This document shows positions 1-12,059 of a DNA stretch of 64,000 nt, piece by piece. Positions within the stretch are counted from its first letter, which is position 1; every line of letters starts with the position of its first letter. The position numbers were made by a program, and so were the translations under genes. The notes beneath the pieces were generated by a model. It saw nothing but the letters and a program-made list of their open reading frames with translations. It did not search any database and had not been told where the DNA came from. Source of the stretch: Octopus vulgaris (Eukaryota); assembly GCA_951406725.2 (NCBI GenBank), contig OX597819.1, positions 44,702,001 through 44,766,000 of the forward strand, written 5' to 3'.

Positions 1-159
1 TGTGTATATGTCTCTTCGGGTGGTGGGGCTAAAATCAGCCAGAAGATTAACGTCCTGGGCGAAGACATTGACAAATGTCAATTATTGATCATACTTGGGC
101 CCAGAATAATAGTTTACTGAAAAATCACTGGTATTTGGTCCTGTCTACTTTAGTACCAC

Positions 160-222
<63 letters not shown>

Positions 223-539
223 AACACACAAACACACACACACATATCATCGACTACTCACATGGATTTCGCTTGTTCACTGGTTGGCTGCTATATAGCA
301 TTTTGGGGACGACTCCCTCATAGCATTCTTTGCTAAGACATCTGAAAATCATAGTCAGATGAGACAACTCGCCTCCAGACCCATTCAAGAGCGATAAATA
401 TCGTTATTTCGGTGGTTTATAGACATCACATAACTCGAACCGGAGGCGAGCAGAATTGCAAGTCTGCGACTACATATAGAAATAGTGTAAGAACCGTTTA
501 CTGGTACGCCATGACGGTGCAGCGGGTTTCCTTGTAATG

Positions 540-570
540 CTTCTTCTTGTTCTTGCTCTTCTGTTTGCTT

Positions 571-611
<41 letters not shown>

Positions 612-755
612 CTTCTTCTTCTTCTTCTTCTTCTTCTTCTTCTTCTTCTTCTTCTTCTGCAACTCCCTTTTTTTTTCCTTACACTAGTTATAATCTTTAT
701 CTTCCTCACAATCCCCTTCCATTATTCCTCCTCATTTTCCTCGTCTTCCTAATAC

Positions 756-806
<51 letters not shown>

Positions 807-853
807 CATCATCATCATCATCATCATCATCAATCATCATCATCACCATCATC

Positions 854-905
<52 letters not shown>

Positions 906-1174
906 CTATTATTATAATTATTATTACTTTGCTTCCTCTAAGTTTTCTTTATTCTACCATTTTCTTCATTTAAAATCATCTCACATTTTGTATTCGCGAT
1001 TATTTCGGTTAGAGTTGTTGTTGTTGTTGCTGTTGTTGTTGTTGTTGTTGTTGTTCTTCTTCTTGTTCTTCTTGTTCTTCTTCTTCTTCTTCTTCTTCTT
1101 CTTCTTCTTCTTCTTCTTCTTCTTCTTCTTCTCCTCCTTCTTCTTCTTCGTCTTCTTTTTATCACTATCATTAA

Positions 1175-1242
<68 letters not shown>

Positions 1243-1280
1243 TATGGTCGTCGTCGATGTTGTTGTTAGTATTATTATTT
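540..1280. repeat. Compound trinucleotide microsatellite cluster (TTG/TTC/TTA/TCA/CCA)n
   Basis: Directly visible arrays; they generate the poly-L/V/R/T/M/N ORFs in the track. Confidence 0.97.
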
Positions 1281-1429
1281 CACATTTCCTTTTGTAGCTG
1301 AGAATCTGATTTAAAATCTTATTTCCTTAAAAAAAATCCACATTTTATGTTTGTTTTTAGAAAAGTTTATTCATTCTTCTCAGTGTCGTCCGTCCCCATG
1401 TATTGGTGCTCGTTTGTGAAAGTGTGTGT

Positions 1430-1620
1430 GTATGTGTATGTATGTAAGTATGTGTGTATGTGTTTATGTATGCATGTATGTATGTATGTATGTATGTATG
1501 TATGTATGTATGTATGTATGTATGTATGTATGTATGTATGTATGTATGTATGTATGTATGTATGTATGTATGTATGTATGTATGTATGTATGTATGTATG
1601 TATGTATGCATGCATGTATG
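1430..1620. repeat. (TATG)n tetranucleotide microsatellite
   Basis: Directly visible. Confidence 0.97.
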
Positions 1621-1829
1621 TGCGTGTGTGTTTAAAGCCTGTGTGTGTGTTAAGCAAGTGATAATTATTCGAAAGAAAATGAAGTAAAAAAAACAAAGTA
1701 TGATTTTTTCTTCGACAATAATTATAGTAATTAAGTAAATTTAAATACCAAGTCACAAAAATATGAAGAGAAAAAAAAGTGAAATAAAGGCAAGTGTTAG
1801 ATTATAATTATGGTAGCTGTTATTATCTT

Positions 1830-1871
1830 TATAATAATAATAATAATAATATTAATAATAATAATAATAAA

Positions 1872-1951
<80 letters not shown>

Positions 1952-1968
1952 GTAGTAGTAATAATAAA
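1830..1968. repeat. (AAT)n microsatellite
   Basis: Directly visible. Confidence 0.97.
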
Positions 1969-1977
1969 ATTGTTATA

Positions 1978-2142
1978 GGCACATGAGTGGCTGTGTGGTA
2001 AGTAGCTTGTTTACCAACCACATGGTTCCGGGTTCAGTCCCACTGCGTGACACCTTGGGCAAGTGTCTTCTACTATAGCCTCAGGCCGACCAAAACCTTG
2101 TGAGTGGATTTGGTAGACGGAAACTGAAAGAAGCCCGTCGTA

Positions 2143-2221
<79 letters not shown>

Positions 2222-2432
2222 TTGTGTGTCTGTGTTTGTCACCCTAGCATTGCTTGACAACCGATGCTGGTGTGTTTATGTCCCCGTCACTTAGTGGTTC
2301 GGCAAAAAGAGACCGATAGAATAAGTACTGGGCTTACAAAGAATAAGTCCCGGAGTCGAGTTGCTCGATTAAAGGCGGTGCTCCAGCATGGCCGCAGTCA
2401 AATGACTGAAACAAGTAAAAGAGAGAAAAGAG
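1978..2432 (+). mobile_element. tRNA-derived SINE family A, full length, with internal (TA)n(TG)n tract
   Basis: Pol III A box TGGCTGTGTGG and B box GGTTCAGTCCC; close copy at 57922-58331; 3' tail GGCGGTGCTCCAGCATGGCCGCAG shared with the LINE at 36696-37689. Confidence 0.9.
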
Positions 2433-2450
2433 TATTATTATTATTATTAA

Positions 2451-2850
2451 GGCGGCGAGCTGGCAGAAACTTTAGCATGCCGGGCGATATGCTTAGCGGT
2501 ATTTCGTCTGCCGCTACATTCTGAGTTCAAATTCCGCCGTGGTCGACTTTGTCTTTCATCCTTTCGGGGTAGATTAAATAAAGTACTAGTTACGCACCGG
2601 GGTCGATATAACCGACTTGATCCGTTTGTCTGTCCTTGTTTGTCCTCTCTGTGTTTAGCCCCTTGTGGGTAGTAAATAAATAGGTATTTCGTCTGTCTTT
2701 ATGCTCTGAGTTCAAATTCGGACGAGGCCGACTTTGCCTTTCATCCTTTCGGGGTCGATAAAACATGTACCAGTTAAGTATTGCGGTCGATATAATCTAC
2801 TATTCCCACCTCTCCCAAATTTCGGGCCTTGTGCCTTTAGTAGAAACAAT
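2451..2850 (+). mobile_element. SINE family B, internally duplicated (dimer-like)
   Basis: Head GGCGGCGAGCTGGCAGAA, B-box-like GAGTTCAAATTCC and conserved block CTTTCATCCTTTCGGGGT; unit repeated at about 2498 and 2683; homologues at 32685 and 38893; flanked by (TTA)n. Confidence 0.85.
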
Positions 2851-3744
2851 TACTATTACTATTATTATTTGGGTTGTATTTGATTCCACTCTACGACAGT
2901 AGCAGATTATTTCACCATGTTTATTTTTTATATATCTTATTAACATATTTTTTCTTTATGTTACCAAAAAGAAGATGATAACTTGATTCAACTTTTTGGG
3001 AGTTTAAATTGAAAATGTTTTGCATTTTGACAATATCAACTACATCTTCCAATGTATATGTCCCCATATATTTACAGTAAGTGGAACAACATTTGTCTGT
3101 ACTACTATTCTATTACTATTAGTAGTACAATAACCCAGCACAGTTATTATTCCCGAACATATGCCGTTAACATGTTTGTGGCGTTTAAAACCTACCTCAG
3201 TAAATTTAACGGTAGCTTTTTTCATCTATTCCGAACGAATGAAACGAAACGTTAATCTCGATGGAATTTCGACCTGCAAAAAATTATAACACTAAATAAT
3301 GTAATATATTAGCCTCTCAACGATGATACACCACTAGAATTTGTTTGAGTGCTATAAGAAAGGAGCAAAATTCTCGGTAAGGTAACTGGGGGTTCGTTTC
3401 TGTGTAGAGCTAAATGTCGAACGAGAATTACTTCGCAAGAGTGCAAAGAACACGAGCTAGGCACCAACAAATGAGTCTTTGCAGTCTAATAGGAAGGAGA
3501 ACCACATTAGGCAATTTGTATTTCTCAGTAGTACAAATACACGAATGTAATAGGCGAATGCTACCCGACCTGCGTGATTCAACATTTTCAAATTTTAATC
3601 TTGTTAATTCCTCATAAAAATACATGTGTACGAGTATTTTAGCTATAGGTAAATACATATTGATAAGCTTTCTATAGCATAATGTTCTATGGCAAGTTGT
3701 TTTTCTAAGAAAATTGCGTGTTACCAAAACCCCTGGGGATTTGA

Positions 3745-3927
3745 CATTATAATGGAACACCTTTAACAATATAATGGAACACCTTTGACAATAGCTATGC
3801 GCAATCAACGCTGACATGATGCTAAGCTACAAGAATGACTTGCCAATTTTATAATAGCAGTGATAGTTATTATAATAGCGATAAGTTATAATAGTGATAA
3901 GTCATTATAATAGCAGTGATAGTTATT
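3745..3927. repeat. Short tandem duplication (TATAATGGAACACCTTT x2) plus minisatellite of TTATAATAG(CAG)TGATA variants
   Basis: Directly visible at about 3748-3791 and 3849-3927. Confidence 0.8.
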
Positions 3928-4401
3928 CATATCTTATGTTAAGCGTCGAGGTTCGTTCGAATGCTTAATATCCTGACCACAGACACAACGCAATGTTCAT
4001 GGACAGAAATGAACCGCTGACGTTTTCTGATTGTATAGTATCAATATTATTTAATTCACCATCATGCAGATGCTGTTGTTTAGACTCAGGTTTTTCACAT
4101 TCAAGCAAGCTAGTCATAAAAGTTTTTCCAACCGGGATCACTAAGTGCTTATGTAGACCCAACATTATGTGGTCCAAAGAGCATTTTCATTTGTTAAAAA
4201 TGGTAGGATGTGGTCTGAAAGATATTTGCTAGCTCTAGTTAGCAGACAGAGTCACTATATAAAGCAATGGTTAAAAACCATTTTTTTTTATTTTTGCCTA
4301 TGGGACACTTTGATTCATAGCTTACTCTGGTGGACCTCTGTACAATTCGATATTTAAAGAAGATATTTTTATATTTTTATAAGATATTATTAGGAATTGT
4401 A

Positions 4402-4936
4402 CAGGGTGATTGAAAAGTAACTTCCTATTTTAAAATACGTGTAAATTATTTATTAATTATACATTTTTTCTCAATTTCTTTTTGTGTTTTTTCTTTCTGA
4501 AGTATAAATAAAACCAGATGCTAAAAGTTTTCCTCTCATATCCAGTTTAAAAAAAAATACAATTCAACTAGTCCTCCGTCGGTTACGACGACGAGGGTTC
4601 CAGTTGATCCGATCAACAGAACAGCCTGCTCGTGATATTAATGGGCATGTGCCTGAGCACTCCGTGGACACGTGTACCCTTAATGTAGGTCTCAGGGAGA
4701 TTCAGCGTGACACAGAGTGTGAAAAGGTTGGCCCTTTGAAATACAGGTACTTCTCATTTTTACCAGCTGACTGGACTGCAACGTGAAATAGTGTGTCTTG
4801 CTCAAGGATACAACCTGTCGCCGGGAATTGAACTCACAACTATGCGATCGTGAGCCGAATACCTTAACCACTAAGCCACAATTAATAAGTAATTTATAAG
4901 TATTTTAAAATAGGGGATAACTTATCAATCACCCTG
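4402..4936. mobile_element. Tc1/mariner-type MITE with about 57-bp TIRs, interrupted by a SINE C
   Basis: Left end TA|CAGGGTGATTGAAAAGTAACTTCCTATTTTAAAATAC matches the reverse complement of the right end GTATTTTAAAATAGGGGATAACTTATCAATCACCCTG. Confidence 0.8.
4568..4879 (-). mobile_element. tRNA-derived SINE family C
   Basis: Minus-strand head GTGGCTTAGTGGTTAAGG...GAGTTCAATTCCCGG, then TCCTTGAGCAAGACAC; homologue at 17233-17710. Confidence 0.85.
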
Positions 4937-5276
4937 CATATATAAAACTGTTACAATATCTTATGTACTGTAGAATTATAACACAATTATTGAATTATGT
5001 AGAATTATTGCACACAAATCATAGCAACAAATTGTTATTTGGACCGTCGAGTCATTTGGAACCGGCTGAGAACCGCTGGTGTAGACGCTTTGTACTAACT
5101 TTTTATATATCGATAAGCGCATGTCTTTTTGTCATTGCTAAATTTTCATAAATAAATTTCAAGTAAGACAAAATATTCTTTACGCATGTATGTAAAAACT
5201 GAGAAACTAAATACTCACAGTTTCGGTCCATGATAAACGTTAAAACGTGAAAAATGAAAAAAAAAACCCCCCAAAA

Positions 5277-5612
5277 AACAGGCATCGGAGAGGAGATGCA
5301 TACCCTGCGCTCATACAAGGATAAAATGGAATTTAATTCAATAATCTAAGACGAATTCATATTTCAACAAATTGACATCAAGAGTGATTTCCCCTCCTTA
5401 TCGTTTATGCATGTGTAACAAAGTAAAAATTCATTTTGATTTACCATACCAAAATTTAATGAGTTCGAGCCACTCACCCAATGAGTATTTCTGCTAAATT
5501 TGGTAGAAATCCGTTCAGCCGTTTTCTAGTAATTTCGCAAACACACAGGCAAACAGACGAAGACGAACGATTACAATACCCTACTTTCGCGTAAGCGTGC
5601 AGGGTTATAAAA
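5277..5612 (-). mobile_element. DINE-1/HINE-like non-autonomous Helentron
   Basis: Minus strand shows a 5' ATAACCCTGC...AGGGTAT hairpin, a GTCTGT-like tract, a 3' subterminal repeat GCAGGGTAT, a GCATC/GATGC stem-loop and a T run. Confidence 0.65.
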
Positions 5613-6027
5613 TACTTTTTGATTTTATTTTTTGATTTTATTGCATTTACTTTATTTTATTGTATTTTTCGAAATTGCATTTTTTTAGTCGTCACTTCAT
5701 CTATGCATCCCATATGTGGTAATTCTAGTATTTGTAAAGAGTGAAATGTGTCGAATATGTTTATTTTGCCTGATTATATAATGAAACTATTTGCTATCTA
5801 TAGCATAGTCTGGTGAATTCAACAGTCGTTCTAGAAATAGCTACTAAATCTCCCTTAATTCGAACCCTGGTGTTAATTTGATTGCCTAAGAACATTAAGT
5901 CAGTTTGCTTTCGGATGACCGAATGAAGAAAAATATAATATTTATCTCCTCCTTCCCATGCTACATAATTTTCCTTCCGCTCATTGCAAATAATACATAC
6001 ACAAACGCGCGCGCGCGCACACACACA

Positions 6028-6064
<37 letters not shown>

Positions 6065-6316
6065 TCTCTATCTCTCCTACACACGTACACTCACACTCGC
6101 GCACATACGCATATATTTATGTGTTTGGGTATTCTGTGTGTATATGTATATGTGTGTTTGCGTGTGTATGTGTGTGTACGTGTTTGTGATTGTATGTTCG
6201 TATATATATATGTGTGTGCTTGTGTGTATTTTGCCTGTGTATATAAGAGATGGAACAACTGTAATCCCCCCTCTCTCTCTCTGTGTATATACACACACAT
6301 ATATATATATCACTAG

Positions 6317-6389
<73 letters not shown>

Positions 6390-6842
6390 TCACATGTCTG
6401 TGAGTGTTTCTTTGGATATGTGTGCCTGTATATATGTATGTGGTTTGTGAATATGTACACGTACATATTGCGAGGACTATGTAAGTGTACAGGGGGTCAA
6501 ATTAGGTTAATTATTCGGGTAGAGCAAGCCGATTAGGTCACAACACTTAACCTTCCTGTACGTATAGACGTCACCACACATTTCTCACGAGTTATACACG
6601 TCCAGCTGTCTAATTAATTTGCCACTTCACTTACGCTCTAACAACGTGGAAGTTGTGGCATTAACCATCAGCGCATGTGTCAATCATTCTTGCAGTCAGA
6701 GCAAGGTATTGTTGTTGTTGTTGGTGATCATGAGAAGGACGAGGAGGAGGATGGTGGTGGTGGTGGCAGTGGTTGAGAATCCGAGAAGGTTCAGGTTCCA
6801 TTAGAGTATATTTTGGATACACACACACACTCGAACACACAT

Positions 6843-6897
<55 letters not shown>

Positions 6898-7058
6898 TCC
6901 CACACACAAGCATACACATATAAAAAAAAATTACTAGCAGGTACATACATATATGTGTATACATACATACATAGATACACACAGACACATATTTGTGAGT
7001 GCATGTGTATTGATATATAAAACCTCACGCATACATAACACGAGATTCTAATACTTAC

Positions 7059-7188
7059 CTCTGCTGACATGAAACTCAAGCAATCAAGAAATAGCAATGA
7101 TGGTGAATGTGCTTGTTGTTGTTGCTGTAGTGGTGGTTGTGATGGTGGTGTTTTGTGTTGATAGTAATCGCGGTATTGGTAGTGATGC
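7059..7188 (-). other. Candidate spliced exon (130 nt)
   Basis: Acceptor TTTTGCAG and donor GAG|GTAAGT; one open frame (HHYQYRDYYQHKTPPSQPPLQQQQQAHSPSLLFLDCLSFMSAE). Confidence 0.45.
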
Positions 7189-7499
7189 CTGCAAAATATT
7201 AATGGAGGAATATAACCTATTGGGTTGTCTTTAGCACATGTACGTACTCCGTGACGACACTAGAGACAAGACGAATTAATGTTGTTCGAAACGATCTTTG
7301 TCGCCTACAATATAATAACTGGCGATGACTTAATCTCTGAAATCAAAACGCCCATTGCCTATATATAAATGGCAAAGTTGGCAACCTCGATAAAGCTGGA
7401 AGCCGCTAACCGGAAATCATGCGCCCGAATGGCTGCTATCGAAGACACTGCTCAAATGTCCAGGCCTCCATACTTAGGGATTGCGATGCCTGCTTCATC

Positions 7500-7679
7500 T
7501 GATGACATTTGGATAAAAGAGGAGCTAAAAACAAGAACATACACTCAACTAAATTGGGATAACATGGATAGTAGATTCTCAGGATTGGCGCTCGTAATGA
7601 AGGAAAAAGAAAATAACCTCATGTGGACTTCCGTGGTGTGTATATCCGCACAAATATTGACGGTGAGTTGTAAACCTAT
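7500..7679 (+). pseudogene. Possible decayed LINE apurinic endonuclease fragment
   Basis: TYTQLNW...SGLALVMKE...ISAQILTV weakly resembles the RTE-type APE pattern YxLxWSG..GVGILV..VSDRI; ends at the gap. Confidence 0.25.
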
Positions 7680-7779
7680 NNNNNNNNNNNNNNNNNNNNN
7701 NNNNNNNNNNNNNNNNNNNNNNNNNNNNNNNNNNNNNNNNNNNNNNNNNNNNNNNNNNNNNNNNNNNNNNNNNNNNNNN
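7680..7779. other. Assembly gap (100 N)
   Basis: Run of exactly 100 N, typical of a scaffold join of unknown size. Confidence 0.99.
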
Positions 7780-7864
7780 ATGACTGAGAGTCAGTACGAA
7801 ACTTCTAGTGGCTAGAACTATTTCGTATTCTTCTATGAACTTGGTCCCTGATTGCATGTGTATG

Positions 7865-8060
7865 TGAGTTAGCAGAATGGGTAGCACACTGGACAAAATA
7901 CTTAGCGATATTTCATCCGGCCTTAAAACTTGAGTTCAAATAGCATTGAGGTCTTTCATTTGAGGTAGATAGAAAAATAGTAGTAATTGAGCACTGGACT
8001 CAATGTAATTAGTTTGCTCTCTCAGAAGAATTTTGGGCCTTCTGCGCATAATAGAAACCA
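7865..8060 (+). mobile_element. Old degenerate SINE B copy
   Basis: TTAGCAGAA...CTTAGCGATATTTC...GAGTTCAAAT...CTTTCAT...GGGCCTT...TAGAAAC is colinear with 2451-2850. Confidence 0.6.
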
Positions 8061-8737
8061 TCATGCTTTTAGTTCTGATGTAGATATACAGAGAATATGA
8101 TCTAACCGTTTAGGGAGTAAAGGAAAGTAAAGATAATATATAGACATATCCTTCTTTGTGCCTAAGTGTTTTTAGCTGCAGTAATGACTCCTTAACACTG
8201 CTACTAACTTGATGTTTTCCAGGCGCTGCGTCAGCCTTAATGCGCATTTTTGTTATGTAATTGAAGTGGAGTAAACATGGAATAAAGTGCCTTGCCCGAA
8301 GGTATGGTATGCTTCTCTGACCGGGTATCAAACTTGGTCTTCTGATTGAGTGATCCGTTTCCTAACCACTAGGTAACGGATTTCCTCTCCTTTTAGGGCG
8401 TATGTTAGAGAAAATACGAGCACAAATCCATGCAATAACTGTGAGGGGTGAAAAAGGAATAAAGACAGAATTGAAATAAGAGAGAAATATATTTATCGCG
8501 AACAAGGAGAATTAAATCAATGTATTGGTTGGCCCGTTAATCATTGCTTCGGTAGCTAAATTTATTGGAAAAATCATCCTTTGGATAAATATTAGTATAT
8601 GATGTTTCTTCGATACTAGGTCACCGTAAGTTTAACCAGGTCCCCATGGAGTCATGTCTATAACTGAAAATGAATTTCAATAATTTTCTCTCTGTAGAGA
8701 ATGAACCAGTAAATGGAACCAATATGATATGACTTAC

Positions 8738-8857
8738 AACAACAGATTCGATGTTCTAAAGATACAATATCTCCAATAATTGTGCTGGCGAGCAAGAAAG
8801 AAAATCACGAAAATAACTAAGATCAAATAGATGTTGTACATTGGCTGCTATTTGTAG
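8738..8857 (-). other. Candidate spliced exon (120 nt)
   Basis: Acceptor CATTTCAG and donor GTT|GTAAGT; ATG at 8841 opens MYNIYLILVIFVIFFLARQ... Confidence 0.35.
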
Positions 8858-9041
8858 CTGAAATGACTCATTTGACCAGCGAAAAACCTATACAACTGAG
8901 ACTGTACATACAAACATGCACACATATATATTCACGGATGCATATGTATATATGTATATATATGTATGAGTGTGTGTAAATATATATATATATATATATA
9001 TACATTCATATATATATATATATACATACATACATACGTAC

Positions 9042-9118
<77 letters not shown>

Positions 9119-9636
9119 AACACACACTCAAACATATACATTTAAGAACATTACCATCGGTTATTTTAATATATACATTAAAATAAGTGAGGATAATGAT
9201 CTGAAATGGTACAAAACTGACTAAAATATTCCAACACCATCGTCAAAATCTCTGAATCTCCATCCATCTCCTCCTCTCCTCCTCATCATGAACTTTTGAT
9301 TCCATAAATTGAAGAAAACTAGAGGGACCAGAATCAAGAGTTTTGCGATTGCATGTTCATGTAGAGAGATTTCATCAATGAAGATGAAAACATGATAGAG
9401 ACCTTACTTGCATAGTAAGAATGTCTTCTTGCTAAGAAAGTGTAATGAGATCTAGGATAAGATCAAGAATGAGAAGCCAGTGAAATAGCGAGGTGTTTGT
9501 TTTAAATGTCACCTGAGAAGACGAAACCTCCACTTGTGAAGCCACATCTCACCTCTAAGGTACAAATGCAGGATGAGTCGAAACAATTCTAGCGGATTTG
9601 AATAAAGAATTTCGTGAATCCCATTTCTGTTACTGA

Positions 9637-9671
<35 letters not shown>

Positions 9672-9721
9672 GTCTCTGTCTCTGTCTCTCGCTCTCTCTC
9701 CCTCTGTATATATATATATAT

Positions 9722-10014
9722 GGTGGGTGTTTTTGGTACGCAGAAACTGAAAGAAGCCCGTCATATACATACATGCGTACCTACCTACATACCTACCTAC
9801 CTACCTACCTATATACATATATACATACATACATACATACATGTGTGAGAATGATCCCCCGCTATCATTTGACGACTGGCATTAGTTAGTTTAGCTTCTC
9901 GTAACATAATGGTTCCTCACAACCGATCGAAAGAATAATTACCAAACGTTAGACATTGAGTACTGGAATCAACTTCTCCGATGAAATACTTGAAGGCGGT
10001 ACCTTGGCATGGCG
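9722..10014 (+). mobile_element. Degenerate 5'-truncated SINE A
   Basis: GAAACTGAAAGAAGCCCGTC, internal microsatellite and tail GGCGGTACCTTGGCATGG. Confidence 0.7.
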
Positions 10015-10325
10015 ATATATATATATGTGTATGTATGTTCTGTTATTTACATTTGTATTTGTGTACATGTTTTTGTTGTTTTTTTTCCGTGCTTGGTTCT
10101 GTATACATTCGCAGCTTTCTTCCAAGGAATCTAGTTCTCTTAGCGTAGTTTTTCTTTGGAGCTGGCCAGATTGGAGCAATCCCGAGTATAACAAGCTGAA
10201 ATTGCAAAGATGATCTGGAACTCGACCGAGGAAAGAAAACTCCGAATGACACGTCGTTCTTTTTTCTTGTCCCTGTTTTGTATCATCTATCTGGATGCTT
10301 TGAGTTCTTGTCCCATTTTTTGTAT

Positions 10326-10344
10326 TCCTTTATATATATATATT

Positions 10345-10387
<43 letters not shown>

Positions 10388-11363
10388 TAAGATAGACCTC
10401 TGTGTGTGTGTGCGTGTGTGTGTGTGTGCGCGCGTGTGTGTTTGTGCGCGTGTGTGTGTGTGTGTGTATTGTCTTTTCAAGCGAAACGGCTGAGCGATGC
10501 ATGAATGATTTGACCTCGGATACATAATAGGGTCTTCAGTTTACGTTTTTATTAAAAATAAATAATAATCCTTTATATATATGATTCACTTCTTTAAAAC
10601 AGGTTTCTCAATGTCAACTTCAGGTATTGACATACCAACCGCGAAATTTTCAGTTTTTATTTGCGAAATATCTCACTTACTATTTTAATGTTTTCATTTC
10701 AAGTTTTAATTCGCTATTTGCAAACGACTGCGATAAATTAATGAAAGAAATATTTACTAAGTACACAAATTTAAATATTCTGTAACGTTTTTAACGACCT
10801 TTTATTTTTACGAATTTTTCATTTCATGTTTATTTCATTCATTGTTTACAATGCTATCTCTCTCCCCTCTCACATACTCTCTCTCTCTCTCTTACACACA
10901 GACATACACACACTGTCGCTCAAAAAGAAACGCACCATACACACCAGGTTTGATTTCGTTATTACACAAATATCACATTAGAATTTGGCAATTCAACATA
11001 GACTGTCCGAAAAAATATGAGCCCTCTTCCGCTTGAACCCGCCAACTTCTTTAATACCCACTACAAATCTTTACTTATTTACTTGTTGCGCGCCGTGTTC
11101 AACTCCATGAATTTGTAGTCAGTCACATACGCACACGTGTGTCCTTGTATGTACGTTTGTATACATTTATGTATGTGTATGTGAGAGAGAGAGAGAGAGT
11201 GTGCAGGGGTGTGGTGTCATTTATACGCACATACATTAATACATATGCATACCTTTTTATGTATGTATGCGTGTGTGCATAAGAGAGAGAAAGAGAGTGA
11301 TGTCTAAGTGGCACTCTCTCTCTCACACACATCCATTTCATCTGATGTTTGATACTATACGTA

Positions 11364-11403
<40 letters not shown>

Positions 11404-12017
11404 TGTGTGTGTGTGTGGGTGTTTGTGTGCGTACAGCGTTTCGCCATTTATTTCAATCACTCCTGTGAAGATATTCACGTAACTCATTTTATCATTTAAT
11501 CCCCATTTTAATGTTCAAAAATGTTTACCAGAACAATATTCTCACTCTCTACAAGAAGAGATGGAGTAGATGTAAATGATCAGTATTCTACAGTGAGGCA
11601 AAGACGAGTACAGGTAGAAAGAATTAATTCTGCAACTCTTGACCCTATTAAGTAGGTTTGCTACTTTATAAACAAATGATTAGATGCTGCAACATAAACT
11701 CTTATGCAGAATGGCAGTCAACAGTTAAATAAAAAGGACGAAGATGCATAGTATGACAGAGGAAGATACATCAGTACCGATGAGGCTTTTTTAGTCGCAT
11801 CTTCAATTTTTCCATTCATGAGAGGCACCCAGCTATCATTCATCTGAGTGTCCATCTAGAGAATGGCCACAGGGTTATCTTTACAAAAACAAAACAGCCT
11901 TGCAACAGGCACTTCCTCCAAAAGAAACTACCCTAACTGCCGTTTTTAAGTTGTGGCAAGTAGATGAACATGCATTGGAAAACCTTTACCCACAAGCTAC
12001 CGAAGTACTACATCTGG

Positions 12018-12018
<1 letters not shown>
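10326..12018 (+). mobile_element. Helitron copy 1 (3'-truncated tandem duplicate)
   Basis: 10386-12018 is colinear with 12060-13673; possible TCCTTTATATATA 5' start at 10326; GRYIS and FPFMRGTQ/SVHLENGHRV RepHel remnants. Confidence 0.8.

Positions 12019-12059
<41 letters not shown>

Noticed and set aside
3099-3130. Perfect 10-bp inverted repeat TGTACTACTA/TAGTAGTACA
   Set aside because: Built from low-complexity TAC/TAG triplets; likely incidental
3188-3200. CTACCTCA (let-7 seed match; TGAGGTAGG on the minus strand)
   Set aside because: Only the seed matches let-7, there is no let-7 precursor hairpin, and one 8-mer in 64 kb is expected by chance
3745-3927. Repeat-spacer-like pattern suggesting a CRISPR array
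   Set aside because: Units are adjacent without unique spacers, the context is eukaryotic and there are no cas genes
7369-7815. 148-aa ORF
   Set aside because: It reads through the 100-N gap, so its length is artefactual; at best a decayed LINE fragment
9240-9590. Possible old LINE 3' remnant on the minus strand
   Set aside because: Too degenerate to recover any convincing motif
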